Source of the DNA: Candidatus Daviesbacteria bacterium
GTDB taxonomy: Bacteria; Patescibacteriota; Microgenomatia; Daviesbacterales; UBA10151
DNA: 58,904 nucleotides
Assembly (NCBI GenBank): GCA_016183225.1
Contig: JACPEZ010000047.1
Coordinates: forward strand, 1-58,904
Direction of reading: 5' to 3'
Shown: piece after piece, positions 17,455-26,062 of the stretch
Numbering within the stretch: position 1 is the first letter of the stretch
How the letters are laid out: every line of letters starts with the position of its first letter
Translations under genes and position numbers: made by a program
The notes under the pieces: generated by a model
Told to the model about the DNA's origin: nothing
What the model saw: the letters and a program-made list of their open reading frames with translations, nothing else
The model's database searches: none

Positions 17455-19571
17455 TTACACAGATTAAAATAAGTATCTGCCGGTTTGAATTCCCCATTTT
17501 CCTGGATAGTAACATGAACATGGGCCCCGTAAGGATTATTCTGGTAATAATTGCCGATAAATTTATTCGATGGAGCCTGTGAGCCCAGTGTTAAATCTGT
17601 CGGGATGCCTTCAAGATGAACAAACCGTATACGGTAATGTTTACCTTCAGTAATAGTTGTAGCCACAAAATCTAGGCCCCCGCCTTCGGCATCGATGATG
17701 GTTTTAGAGGCTTCGGCTACAGTCCAGGTGACCTCTTGCCCGTTAACAGTGGGGAGATAAACTGAAGAAAATGTACTCTTGATATCAACAGCTTTATCCC
17801 TGCCGGTATAGCCGGCGGCTGCCGGGTCGCACCCGGCACTACCGTATTGTTGAACATATGAGGGGCTGCAATGTCCTCCCGTATCTTTTGAACCGTTAGT
17901 GATCTCTGCTGTGCCTGTGACAGGACAGCTGATCACGCCGGTACCTGCTCCCGGCGCGGCCGGAGCTTGGCAGTTTTGCAGATCCTGCCAGACTTCATTA
18001 CAATAACTGTAACTGCCATATGTGCAACTGTTATAATATCTATTAATTGCCGTGGTAACTTGATCCTGGGTAGGCTGGGTAGTTAAACCGTTAGATTTTA
18101 ATTTTTCCGCGGCAATCGTCAGGCTCTCCGTGATACTGCACAAGTTTCGCCCCGGATTAAAAATATCAACAATTTGCATCAAACCGATTGCCTTGGCAGA
18201 TCTAGCGCCTTCGGCTATTTCTTGATCACTACATGCTCCATCGTGAAAGAATTGACCTGATTTTTCGCAAAAGGGTGAACCCTCCTGGCAATAATTATTA
18301 AATTTTATGGCATCATGGTTATCATCGGCATTGGCCACAAAATTCTCGCTTTCGTGCATGGCAATACTGGCCAGAACCGGAGCCGGCACACCGCTGGTGA
18401 CCGCCGCCCCGGAGATCCAGCCTGCCAAATTTGAGCTTTCGATAAGCTTCGGGCTACCGGATCTGGTAAATTTACAATTGCTGATATCGGTGGCTGGTTT
18501 TGTTGCCTCTCCGCCACCCGGCGGCGGGGTGGTTTGGTCGGTGCCCGATGAAAGCATGGCCACACCGGCCATCAGGAGGAGAAATCCCAAAATGGCGAAG
18601 ATGGCAATCAATTTTGCTTTTCCGCCTGCCACCATAGACAGACGGGAAGATGCAGCAGAAACATTAGATAACCTGGCTCCGGCATTAATAGCTCCGTTGC
18701 CTACTTTCCCCAAAAATTTGGTGGCTCCGCCGGATCTGATCCAGGAGGGCAAAAGTGCCCCCAGCCCTCCGCCACCGATTGCTCCCAAAGGTCCAAAACC
18801 CGCTCCGGCAATGCCGCCGATTCCTCCCGAAACCACAGTCCCGATTCTCATGGGGGTTAAGTTTCTTTTAAGAAAAACACCGGTTCTGGAAGCCAGATTT
18901 TTGCCGAATGATTTGATACCGGCAGGGAAATTAAACCGGGAAGCTCGCGGTATGGCATGTTCTCTGACCCCGCCTTTTTCGGCCACATATATTTTTGACG
19001 GCGGTTTTTCTATAATTTTTCCGCTGCCGGTTGCCCTGACTAATTTTGACGCATCCCCGGCTTCTCTGATTGCTCCTGTGCTGGTAGCAGTGACCAGATC
19101 TGATTTGGCGCGTTCTACAACATGAATAACGCGGGGAGGGCGGCGGGAAGAAATGGCAGGGCCTGTTGGCAAACCTATTCCGGGAAACCCACCTGTTTGG
19201 GCAGGTTGTTCTGCCGGGCCGGCCGGCGGCGCTCCCTCTGTGCCTGCTGGTTGTTCGCCAACCGCCTCTGTTATCACCGGTTTTTCCTCTATCACTTTTG
19301 TTAATTCGGTTTGTTGTTCAAGGGTTAAGTTTCCCAGCAGGCGTTTGATTTTATTGGGATCTGACAGATATTTGGCAATGAATTCATCGTCTTTCCCCAA
19401 AAGATCAGGGAACTGACGCAGCAGCTCCAGACAATGGGTTTTATCAACAGGTATTCGCTCGCCGTTCATCACTACAAAAGAAGGAATCAGTTTTAGATTA
19501 AAGCGGTTCTCCTGCAGCGCTTTAAAAAAGGCCTTAAGCTGTATAAAATCAACAGGTTTTAAATAATCCAT
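17451..19571 (-). CDS. T4SS-associated bifunctional cell-wall hydrolase (SLT-type lytic transglycosylase + M23-like peptidase), VirB1/PrgK-like role
   Basis: Central TM (LIAIFAILGFLLLMAGVAML). SLT-like motifs IAMHESENF and AIGLMQI. C-terminal AHVHVTIQENG resembles the M23 HxH motif. Adjacent to VirB4. Confidence 0.65.
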   Translation of the reverse strand: MDYLKPVDFIQLKAFFKALQENRFNLKLIPSFVVMNGERIPVDKTHCLELLRQFPDLLGKDDEFIAKYLSDPNKIKRLLGNLTLEQQTELTKVIEEKPVITEAVGEQPAGTEGAPPAGPAEQPAQTGGFPGIGLPTGPAISSRRPPRVIHVVERAKSDLVTATSTGAIREAGDASKLVRATGSGKIIEKPPSKIYVAEKGGVREHAIPRASRFNFPAGIKSFGKNLASRTGVFLKRNLTPMRIGTVVSGGIGGIAGAGFGPLGAIGGGGLGALLPSWIRSGGATKFLGKVGNGAINAGARLSNVSAASSRLSMVAGGKAKLIAIFAILGFLLLMAGVAMLSSGTDQTTPPPGGGEATKPATDISNCKFTRSGSPKLIESSNLAGWISGAAVTSGVPAPVLASIAMHESENFVANADDNHDAIKFNNYCQEGSPFCEKSGQFFHDGACSDQEIAEGARSAKAIGLMQIVDIFNPGRNLCSITESLTIAAEKLKSNGLTTQPTQDQVTTAINRYYNSCTYGSYSYCNEVWQDLQNCQAPAAPGAGTGVISCPVTGTAEITNGSKDTGGHCSPSYVQQYGSAGCDPAAAGYTGRDKAVDIKSTFSSVYLPTVNGQEVTWTVAEASKTIIDAEGGGLDFVATTITEGKHYRIRFVHLEGIPTDLTLGSQAPSNKFIGNYYQNNPYGAHVHVTIQENGEFKPADTYFNLCK

Positions 19572-19586
19572 AAGATTAAATTACCA

Positions 19587-21350
19587 CTAAATCTTCCCTC
19601 TTGCCAGTATTTCTTGCGGATTGGAGGTAATCAGCTGGTGTTCCTGGGGTGAGGCTACCACCCGCATGGCCACATGGGTTGTTCCGGCAAAAAACAGCCC
19701 CTGGCCAATGCCTTCGGATAAAAGCAGTCTTTGTTCCCCTTCGGACAGGTTAAAGATTTGAGCCAGCAGCTCAATGGACACCGGAGCCTGTTTTAAAAGC
19801 ACCTGAATTGACGAATTGGAAATTATCTCCTTCCCCCTGTCTCCTGTCAGAAAATCTTCCACATCCTGGGTAATGGTGGTTAAACCCAGATAATATTTTC
19901 TGGCTCTCTTCGCCATATCCACCAGAAAATTGGCCGAGTCTTCGTTTCTCATTAAATACCAGGCTTCATCCACAATCATAATTCTTTTTTTAAGCTTGCT
20001 TCTGACTTTGGTCCAGACATAATCCAGGATCATATGCATAGCCAGCGGCCGCAGTTGATCGGCCAGATCCCGCACCGAAAAAACCGTGAAGGAGTTGGCA
20101 ATGTCAATATTGGATTGGGCGGAAAAAATGCCGGCTAAAGAACCTTTGATAAACCTCTCCAGACGGACCGAGAGTTCCATGGCCGCCGGTTCTTCCATGC
20201 CCACCAGCACCTTATACAAATCTTCCATTAAAGGAGGTCCTGCTGCGCCGGGTTGGGTTTTGGGGTCATCGGTAATGCCTTTTAAGGCATAAGTTTGTTT
20301 CAGGGCCCGGTCCAGAATGGCAGCTTCCCCGGCGGAAAGTTGCCCCAGCACCAGCTTTAAAAAAGCTGTCAAAGATAAAATTTTCCTGCCCAGCTGGTTT
20401 TCGCCTGTTGCTTCCTGGGACAGGTCAAAGGGGTTGATCTTAACCGGAGAAGAGGAGGAAAAATTAATAAATTCTCCTCCCACTGCCTCGCACAAAGGCA
20501 AATATTCCTGTTCCGGGTCTATCACAATGATTTCCGTGCCAAACATTAAAGAGCGTAAAGCTTCCAGTTTGACAAAATACGACTTACCAGCGCCGGCCTT
20601 GGCAAAAACCACCGAGTTGGCATTTTCCAGAGTAAACCTGTCAAAAAGAATTAAGGAGTCATTGTGCTCGTTAATGCCGTACATCACTCCCTCGTTGGCA
20701 GTCAGTTCCGATGAGGCAAAGGGAAAAGTGGTGGCAAGCGAGGTAGTATCCATATTGTGGGTAAAATTTAAAAGGTCCGCCCCTTGGGGCAGGGTTGATT
20801 TAAAGCCGTCTTCCATTTGCAAGGTGGTGGGCCGGGCAGTCATGGAAAGCGAAGCCAGGGTGCTCTCTATCAGCTTGGAAGTATTGTGAAGTTCCTCCAG
20901 GGAGTAAGCAGGGATTGTCACATAGAGAGCAAAATCAAAAAACCTCTCCACGCCCCTGACCAGCTGATCCTGCAGGGAGCGGGCATCTTCCAAAGCTACT
21001 TCCACGGCCGGATCAATGGCTTTACCCCGTTCAAAATCGGTTTGAAGAGTGGCTTCCATTTCGGCAATCTTTCTTTTTAACTCACCGAGCACTCCTGATG
21101 AAGCCGAAGGATAAATGAACATGGAAATAAAAAGAGAATGATCAAAAGAAACGAGCGGTTCCAGCCAGTTGGATTCCACAAACCGCGGGTAATTTGACAC
21201 AAAATATGTTCTAAAAAAGCGGTTGTTGATCCTTAAATTATTAAAGTCAACTTCAATTTCAGCCGGAGCCAGAACATCTTCCAGGGTCAGTTGAGGAGTA
21301 GTTCTTTCTTCCTGAACTTTTGATTTTTTAAATTTATTAAAGATATTCAT
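19587..21350 (-). CDS. virB4: VirB4/TrsE-like conjugative (T4SS) ATPase, C-terminal ~587-aa part
   Basis: Walker A FAKAGAGKSYF, Walker B IMIVDEAWYL, TTITQDVEDF. Start moved to ATG MNIFNKFKK because the upstream codons lie in a repeat element. Confidence 0.85.
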   Translation of the reverse strand: MNIFNKFKKSKVQEERTTPQLTLEDVLAPAEIEVDFNNLRINNRFFRTYFVSNYPRFVESNWLEPLVSFDHSLFISMFIYPSASSGVLGELKRKIAEMEATLQTDFERGKAIDPAVEVALEDARSLQDQLVRGVERFFDFALYVTIPAYSLEELHNTSKLIESTLASLSMTARPTTLQMEDGFKSTLPQGADLLNFTHNMDTTSLATTFPFASSELTANEGVMYGINEHNDSLILFDRFTLENANSVVFAKAGAGKSYFVKLEALRSLMFGTEIIVIDPEQEYLPLCEAVGGEFINFSSSSPVKINPFDLSQEATGENQLGRKILSLTAFLKLVLGQLSAGEAAILDRALKQTYALKGITDDPKTQPGAAGPPLMEDLYKVLVGMEEPAAMELSVRLERFIKGSLAGIFSAQSNIDIANSFTVFSVRDLADQLRPLAMHMILDYVWTKVRSKLKKRIMIVDEAWYLMRNEDSANFLVDMAKRARKYYLGLTTITQDVEDFLTGDRGKEIISNSSIQVLLKQAPVSIELLAQIFNLSEGEQRLLLSEGIGQGLFFAGTTHVAMRVVASPQEHQLITSNPQEILARGKI

Positions 21351-21484
21351 AATTAAATTCGAAATTCTAATATCGAAATACGAAACAAATTCTAAATTCA
21401 AATATTAAATGTTTTAAAAATTTGAATTTGTTAAATTTGGTATAGTCTCGAATTTCGGATTTCGTGCTTCGAATTTTTCATATA
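21351..21484. repeat. Palindromic heptamer-periodic 'cgaaat/ttcgaa' element between the two VirB4 parts
   Basis: aaattcaaa (21404-21412) is complementary to tttgaattt (21421-29). Right arm is cgaattt/cggattt/cgtgctt/cgaattt. Shares aattcgaagcacgaaatccgaaat with 41204-41303 in opposite orientation. Confidence 0.8.
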
Positions 21485-22201
21485 CTATTCCTCCAGCTCC
21501 TCTACCATAAAGGGATGAGTTTTGGATACTTGACTGGCTAAGGGTGCAGGCTGGGGCTGGGGTGCCGGCAAAGGAGGCGCAGCAGGAGGCGGAGCAGTAA
21601 CCGGTTTGGGAGCGTTGAGTCTGACCGGCTGCGGCAGCGGAGTAAACTCCTGCCCGCTGCCATTATAGGAGTTGTAAAAAAGTTCCAGCAGTTGCCTGCT
21701 TTCAAGCTGGGTGGCCTTCAAACCCACCCGGTTTAGCTGCCTGATCACCTGGTCCCGTCTTGGCCAAAGCACGGTTTTGACTTTCTGATATAAAGCTTCC
21801 CTGGTGGGGATAATGCCCAGTTCCAGTTTGGAAAGGGGAATAACTACATAGAATTTCTTGTCCAGCACCTCGTTTTCCTTGATGGTGGTTTGGATAAATT
21901 GGCGATACGATGTCATCATACTTTTAAGCAGCGGATTGATCTGGGCTTTTTGGGCCTGATCCAGCAGGTTCAGATAAGAGCCGATGTTTAGTCTTTCCGA
22001 CTGGATCACGATCTGAATGGCAAAGGAGAGAGAATTTAACATCTGGGCAAAGCTGACAATAATTCCGATCTGTTCTCTTTCCGACAGCAGGCCGAAGTTA
22101 ACTGCGGAAACCTGCATCACCAAAGCCCCCCCGCCGTCTTTTAAAAGCAGGATATCGTCCTTAATGTCGCCAATTAATAAATGTTCCTGCGTTGTACTCA
22201 T
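21485..22201 (-). CDS. VirB4 N-terminal-domain-like protein (separate ORF) with Pro-rich tail
   Basis: LLIGDIKDDILLLKDGGGALVMQVSAVNFGLLSEREQ..FAQMLNSL..IQIVIQS resembles, from memory, the N-terminus of Gram-positive VirB4-type ATPases. 238 + 587 aa is about one full VirB4. Confidence 0.45.
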   Translation of the reverse strand: MSTTQEHLLIGDIKDDILLLKDGGGALVMQVSAVNFGLLSEREQIGIIVSFAQMLNSLSFAIQIVIQSERLNIGSYLNLLDQAQKAQINPLLKSMMTSYRQFIQTTIKENEVLDKKFYVVIPLSKLELGIIPTREALYQKVKTVLWPRRDQVIRQLNRVGLKATQLESRQLLELFYNSYNGSGQEFTPLPQPVRLNAPKPVTAPPPAAPPLPAPQPQPAPLASQVSKTHPFMVEELEE

Positions 22202-22202
22202 T

Positions 22203-23210
22203 TTATCCTTTTGCCATAACTATTAAAGGTGGGAGCACCCCTCCCTCCAGTTCAATCTGCAATATGTCAAAATTATACCCTTCTTTTTCCAATTCCAGAG
22301 TGTAAGTGCCGTTGGGTAAAGGGGTGGAACCGCTAAACTGGCCCAGCTTGTTGGTTTTTAGCGCTCTAACAGGCAGGCCTTCTTTGTCGTAGATCACTGT
22401 TACCACTGCCTCCAGATAATTTCCGGCCGGATCTTTGACAATGCCGTTTAAGACATTGGGAAAGGTGGTCAGGGCAACTTGGGTCTGTTTGGGTTTGACC
22501 GGAATAACTACCTTGACTTTTTCCACCGGCGGGGCAGGAGGCGCGGCAGCAGCAGGTTTAACTTCATCAAGCCGGCTTCTTATTTGCGAAGCTTGTGACA
22601 CCAGTTTTTGCAGCTCCGACATGATCTCGCTAACCTGCTGGCTGTAATCAATGGGGACAGGAGACGGTTTGGTAGCTTCGTTGCGGATTTGATGCAAAGC
22701 CCTCTCCGCCTGAATAATTTTGACCTGCAACCCCTGGGCCTGCCTGGCCAGATCAACTGTTTTGCCAAGATCCTCGGTGGTGGGAAGAGGAGCGGCAGCC
22801 GGAGCCGGCGGAGCGGGGGCGGCTATTGGAGCAGTTTCTTTGACAGGCTGGGGCCCCAGACTGGAAATATACATGACATAGCGGCTTTTAAAAAGCGGGT
22901 CCTCCCGGTAATCTTTCCCGGTTTTTCTCCAGGCTCTTCTGGTGGGAGAATAAATTGTTTTTAAAAAAGTGGCCACCCAGTAATCCAGGGGGCGGGAGGC
23001 AAAAGGCAAAAAGGCAAAAGCCAGACCCAGCAAACTGGAGATAATAATTAAAGGCCAGGTCACCAAAGGATAATCCTTGGCCACGGTTACAAACAAAAGA
23101 TAGGCAAACCCGGCCCCTCCGGCCAGATATAAAAACTGTTTTAAAGTCATGTCCCCGACCAGATGAAACTGGAAAGAGGTGACATTTTGCGGAATAGGAT
23201 GCGGTTCCAT
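22203..23210 (-). CDS. PrgI/VirB3-like membrane protein fused to a coiled-coil and a CarboxypepD_reg-like beta-sandwich
   Basis: FQFHLVGDMTLKQFLYLAGGAGFAYLLFV matches the PrgI-family N-terminus. C-terminal GIVKDPAGNYLEAVVTVIYD...GTYTLELEKEGYNF is carboxypeptidase-regulatory-like. Start set to ATG MEPHPIPQ. Confidence 0.6.
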   Translation of the reverse strand: MEPHPIPQNVTSFQFHLVGDMTLKQFLYLAGGAGFAYLLFVTVAKDYPLVTWPLIIISSLLGLAFAFLPFASRPLDYWVATFLKTIYSPTRRAWRKTGKDYREDPLFKSRYVMYISSLGPQPVKETAPIAAPAPPAPAAAPLPTTEDLGKTVDLARQAQGLQVKIIQAERALHQIRNEATKPSPVPIDYSQQVSEIMSELQKLVSQASQIRSRLDEVKPAAAAPPAPPVEKVKVVIPVKPKQTQVALTTFPNVLNGIVKDPAGNYLEAVVTVIYDKEGLPVRALKTNKLGQFSGSTPLPNGTYTLELEKEGYNFDILQIELEGGVLPPLIVMAKG

Positions 23211-23264
23211 TTGATAGGGTAGTGAATAGCGTATAGAGAATAGGGTATAGTTGAATCGCAGCAC

Positions 23265-23282
23265 AACTATACGCTAAACGCT
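23265..23282. repeat. 18-bp direct repeat aactatacgctaaacgct (copy 1, overlaps the stop of the four-helix-bundle gene)
   Basis: Identical to 23667-23684. Embedded in heptamer-periodic tatacgc/taaacgc sequence. Confidence 0.85.
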
Positions 23283-23663
23283 ATTAACTAAACGCTTTAT
23301 AACTCCTCCTTTCTCTCTGTATACCATGACGTATAACATCTTGATGACTTCTACTAGTAATTCCTCCGATTTTCTAAAGCTCCCGGCTGGTGCCAACTTG
23401 AGCTCTTTAGAAATAATAAGTTGAGTATCTAATTCTAAAGCAGATCCATATGCTATTGAATAAAATTGTAAGTACTCTTTATGTGATCTTCTGGCGTATC
23501 CTTCAGCTATATTAGAAGGAATAGAGATAGCTGCTCTATGGATTTGAGAAATTATCACAAACTGTTCGTTTTTAGGGAATAAAACCGTTAATTTATAGAT
23601 CTCTTTTACAAGAGCGATCGATTTCTGCCAAACTATTAATTCTTTGTATGAATGTATCTGCAT
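23274..23663 (-). CDS. Four-helix-bundle protein (23S rRNA intervening-sequence protein / Avd family)
   Basis: YKELIVWQKS...FPKNEQF.IISQIHRAAISIPSNIAEGYARRS.KEYLQFYSIAYGSALELDTQL is the characteristic motif set of this family. Confidence 0.85.
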   Translation of the reverse strand: MQIHSYKELIVWQKSIALVKEIYKLTVLFPKNEQFVIISQIHRAAISIPSNIAEGYARRSHKEYLQFYSIAYGSALELDTQLIISKELKLAPAGSFRKSEELLVEVIKMLYVMVYREKGGVIKRLVNSV

Positions 23664-23666
23664 ATT

Positions 23667-23684
23667 AACTATACGCTAAACGCT
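23667..23684. repeat. 18-bp direct repeat aactatacgctaaacgct (copy 2, 3 nt upstream of the four-helix-bundle ATG)
   Basis: Identical to 23265-23282. A 12-bp inverted pair agcgtatagaga (23228-23239) / tctctatacgct (23687-23698) brackets both copies. Confidence 0.85.
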
Positions 23685-23770
23685 TCTCTCTATACGCTTT
23701 GTTATACATCGTGAAAATACTATAGTCTAGGGGTACAAAATAGGTCAAAAAATATACAATATACAGTATA

Positions 23771-23799
23771 TTGACAGTTAGATAGTCTTACTCTAAAGT
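23771..23799 (+). promoter_or_regulatory. Sigma70-like promoter (TTGACA-17-TAAAGT) driving a ~145-nt leader
   Basis: ttgaca at 23771-23776, taaagt at 23794-23799, 17-nt spacer. The next ATG-initiated gene starts at 23951. Confidence 0.5.
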
Positions 23800-23950
23800 A
23801 GAGATACAATTTAACAGGAACAGATTGGATCAGACCAGTCATTCCAGGGGAAGATAGTGTAACTCTATCGCTATGCCGTAACCGTAACAGCCGGGCTGCC
23901 TGGGTTCCTTTGATCCGCTGGCCAACGGATCATTCCCGAGCAGGAGCAAT

Positions 23951-25387
23951 ATGTCAGTAGAAACGCTACAAAATCACCCCATTCTCAAACAATATGATGT
24001 TTTAATTACACCTGATCCGGGCGGTAGACACGAACCTGATTTTTCTCTGGCTGATACAGAAGTCATTGCCAAGCCAATTGAGCGAATTTTACCCCCTGTA
24101 GAGTCTGGAACTACCTTTTCTTCATCCGGTTCTATAAATTTCCAAAGCGATTTTGAACGGATAGATAATCTGCATATAATTTTAGGCATGAGAGGAAAGC
24201 AAAGATTAGCCCATGACTGTGCATTTGAACGCGCCAGATATGAGCGGGCAATAACTGATGAAGAAAAACAGGCAGTAAAAAAAGGGGTACGCGTTAATAT
24301 GGAAAGAACTTTGTATGAAAGAGCTCACAGTACCCAAAGCACGATTGTGTATTATCAGGATGAAGAGGGTAGGATTTATCATCCGGATTTTCCCGGAGAA
24401 TCTTTTGATAGAATGCTGCAAAGAGGGGTGGAAAATAGTAAAAGGCAGGGATTTGTGGACTGCGAGCGTGAAGTGAAAGAGTTTGAGGGTTGGAAAGAAG
24501 TCATGGGAGTTTTATTTAATCCTCAAACACCAATTGGGACAAAAGAAATAGTTATTTCAGGTCCGGGCTTAAAGCAAGGTACAGCTTTTACGGATAATTT
24601 TGTGGATATTTTTACAAAGGCGGTTGATCCTGCCACAGGCAAGGCAGTGGTGGCCATGACCAGATTTGCATCAGGCGCAAGTTACCACGAATACAGGCAA
24701 ATCGCTGGCCGTCTTAATGCCAATTATTTTGCCGGCGGAAAGACAGAGGATGCGGAAATAGACATTTTTTTTAAAGAGCACCCCATTTTGATTGGCTCGA
24801 ATGATTTACGAGATGCTGCTCAATTGTTTAATGAGGAATTTTGCCAACAAAAAGGAGCACTGGAGGAAGAAAAAACCAGAGGTTATTTGGGGCAGTGTAG
24901 ATTGTTTATTTTGCACTATGCAGAAACTATCTGTGCCGGTTTTTTCGATCCGGAGCAGGTCAAATTGGCTTTTAATGCAACTATCAATAAATTTGATGAA
25001 GTTAGAAAAGGATTGATCGAAAGGGCCAACAGTACAGGCATACAAATTTTGGAGCCGGTCAGAGGGTTAAGGGAGAGGGTGGTAAGTTTTATAGATCAAG
25101 TTAATTATTATGGCAGAAGACAGGTTGAGGAGATGATGGTAGGGTGTGGTTTATCAGCAGGATTTTCCACAGGTAAATTAAAAGGGTTTTGGGGTAAGTT
25201 CACTGGTTTGATTTCAGGGATGATTGGGGGGATTGGCGGGCTGGTAGGACTTGGAGAATCAGACAGCATGGGGTCTTTGTATTTTCCCTGTCCTGCCTGC
25301 GGCGCCATTAATAAAAGACCAAGAGAAGGATATGTGGAAAGATGCCAAAATCCCGATTGCATTTCCCCGGAAGCAGTTTGTTGTTAA
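23951..25387 (+). CDS. Orphan protein (478 aa) with C-terminal Gly-zipper hydrophobic segment and zinc ribbon
   Basis: SD aggag precedes the ATG. C-terminus reads GLISGMIGGIGGLVGLG then CPACG...CQNPDC (CxxC...CxxxxC). No other motif recognised. Confidence 0.5.
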   Translation: MSVETLQNHPILKQYDVLITPDPGGRHEPDFSLADTEVIAKPIERILPPVESGTTFSSSGSINFQSDFERIDNLHIILGMRGKQRLAHDCAFERARYERAITDEEKQAVKKGVRVNMERTLYERAHSTQSTIVYYQDEEGRIYHPDFPGESFDRMLQRGVENSKRQGFVDCEREVKEFEGWKEVMGVLFNPQTPIGTKEIVISGPGLKQGTAFTDNFVDIFTKAVDPATGKAVVAMTRFASGASYHEYRQIAGRLNANYFAGGKTEDAEIDIFFKEHPILIGSNDLRDAAQLFNEEFCQQKGALEEEKTRGYLGQCRLFILHYAETICAGFFDPEQVKLAFNATINKFDEVRKGLIERANSTGIQILEPVRGLRERVVSFIDQVNYYGRRQVEEMMVGCGLSAGFSTGKLKGFWGKFTGLISGMIGGIGGLVGLGESDSMGSLYFPCPACGAINKRPREGYVERCQNPDCISPEAVCC

Positions 25388-25420
25388 TAATGAAACTGCA
25401 ATTTAGTAATAAAATGCATA

Positions 25421-25447
25421 TTGACATCACTAGATTTATGGTATAAT
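25421..25447 (+). promoter_or_regulatory. Promoter-like element (TTGACA, extended -10 TGgTATAAT) upstream of abiEi
   Basis: ttgaca at 25421-25426 and tataat at 25442-25447 preceded by tgg. The spacer is only 15 nt. Confidence 0.4.
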
Positions 25448-25456
25448 ATTTACTGG

Positions 25457-26062
25457 ATGTCGGAAAAATTCCGTCTTCCGATAGAGAATATGAATAAAGA
25501 TTTCATACTACAACTTTACAGCCGGCAAGAAACAGTTTTTACTGTAGATGAAATTTCATTGCTTTTCCCCAATATCCCGTATAAAAACATACGAGATCGC
25601 TTATATTATTTTTCTAAGGTAGGGAAGATAAAAAGACTTCGCCGGGGAGTATATGCCAAGAATAAATATAATCCCTTGGAAGCTGCTAATAAGCTTTACA
25701 CTCCTTCATACATTAGCCTAGAAACAGTTTTACAAAAAGAGGGGATAGTTTTCCAGTCATATGAAAGTATTTTTACAGTATCATATGTCTCAAGAGAAAT
25801 AATTCTAAATGGGCAGCAGATTATTTATAGGAAGATCAAAGAAGAAGTGTTGGTAAATAGAGCAGGGGTAGAGGAACAGGATGGGTACGAGATTGCCACA
25901 AAAGAGCGAGCTTTTCTAGATGCTGTGTTTTTGTATAAAAACTATCACTTTGATAATCTAACCTCTTTAGACTGGGATAAGATAGCATCGCTTAAAAATA
26001 TTTACCCAACTATTGCGTTTAAAAAAAGGATAGAGGAGTATCAAATCAATGCTCAACATTAA
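25457..26062 (+). CDS. abiEi: AbiEi-family antitoxin/transcriptional regulator (type IV TA)
   Basis: Winged-helix-like N-terminus followed by RRGVYAK...YISLETVLQKEGIV, typical of AbiEi. Overlaps the downstream AbiEii gene by 14 nt. Confidence 0.7.
   Translation: MSEKFRLPIENMNKDFILQLYSRQETVFTVDEISLLFPNIPYKNIRDRLYYFSKVGKIKRLRRGVYAKNKYNPLEAANKLYTPSYISLETVLQKEGIVFQSYESIFTVSYVSREIILNGQQIIYRKIKEEVLVNRAGVEEQDGYEIATKERAFLDAVFLYKNYHFDNLTSLDWDKIASLKNIYPTIAFKKRIEEYQINAQH

Noticed and set aside
18307-19125. 272-aa plus-strand ORF (and the neighbouring 19122-19416 ORFs)
   Set aside because: It lies entirely antisense to the hydrolase gene. Its Pro/Ala-rich low-complexity translation is typical of the reverse frame of a Gly/Pro-rich coding region.
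20317-20889. 190-aa plus-strand ORF
   Set aside because: It is antisense to the VirB4 ATPase core (the Walker A/B region is on the minus strand).
23274-23663. Four-helix-bundle proteins as Avd subunits of a diversity-generating retroelement (also 34380-34736)
   Set aside because: The window contains no reverse transcriptase ORF, and I saw no ~100-bp template/variable repeat pair with adenine-specific differences. The DGR idea stays a genome-wide check only.
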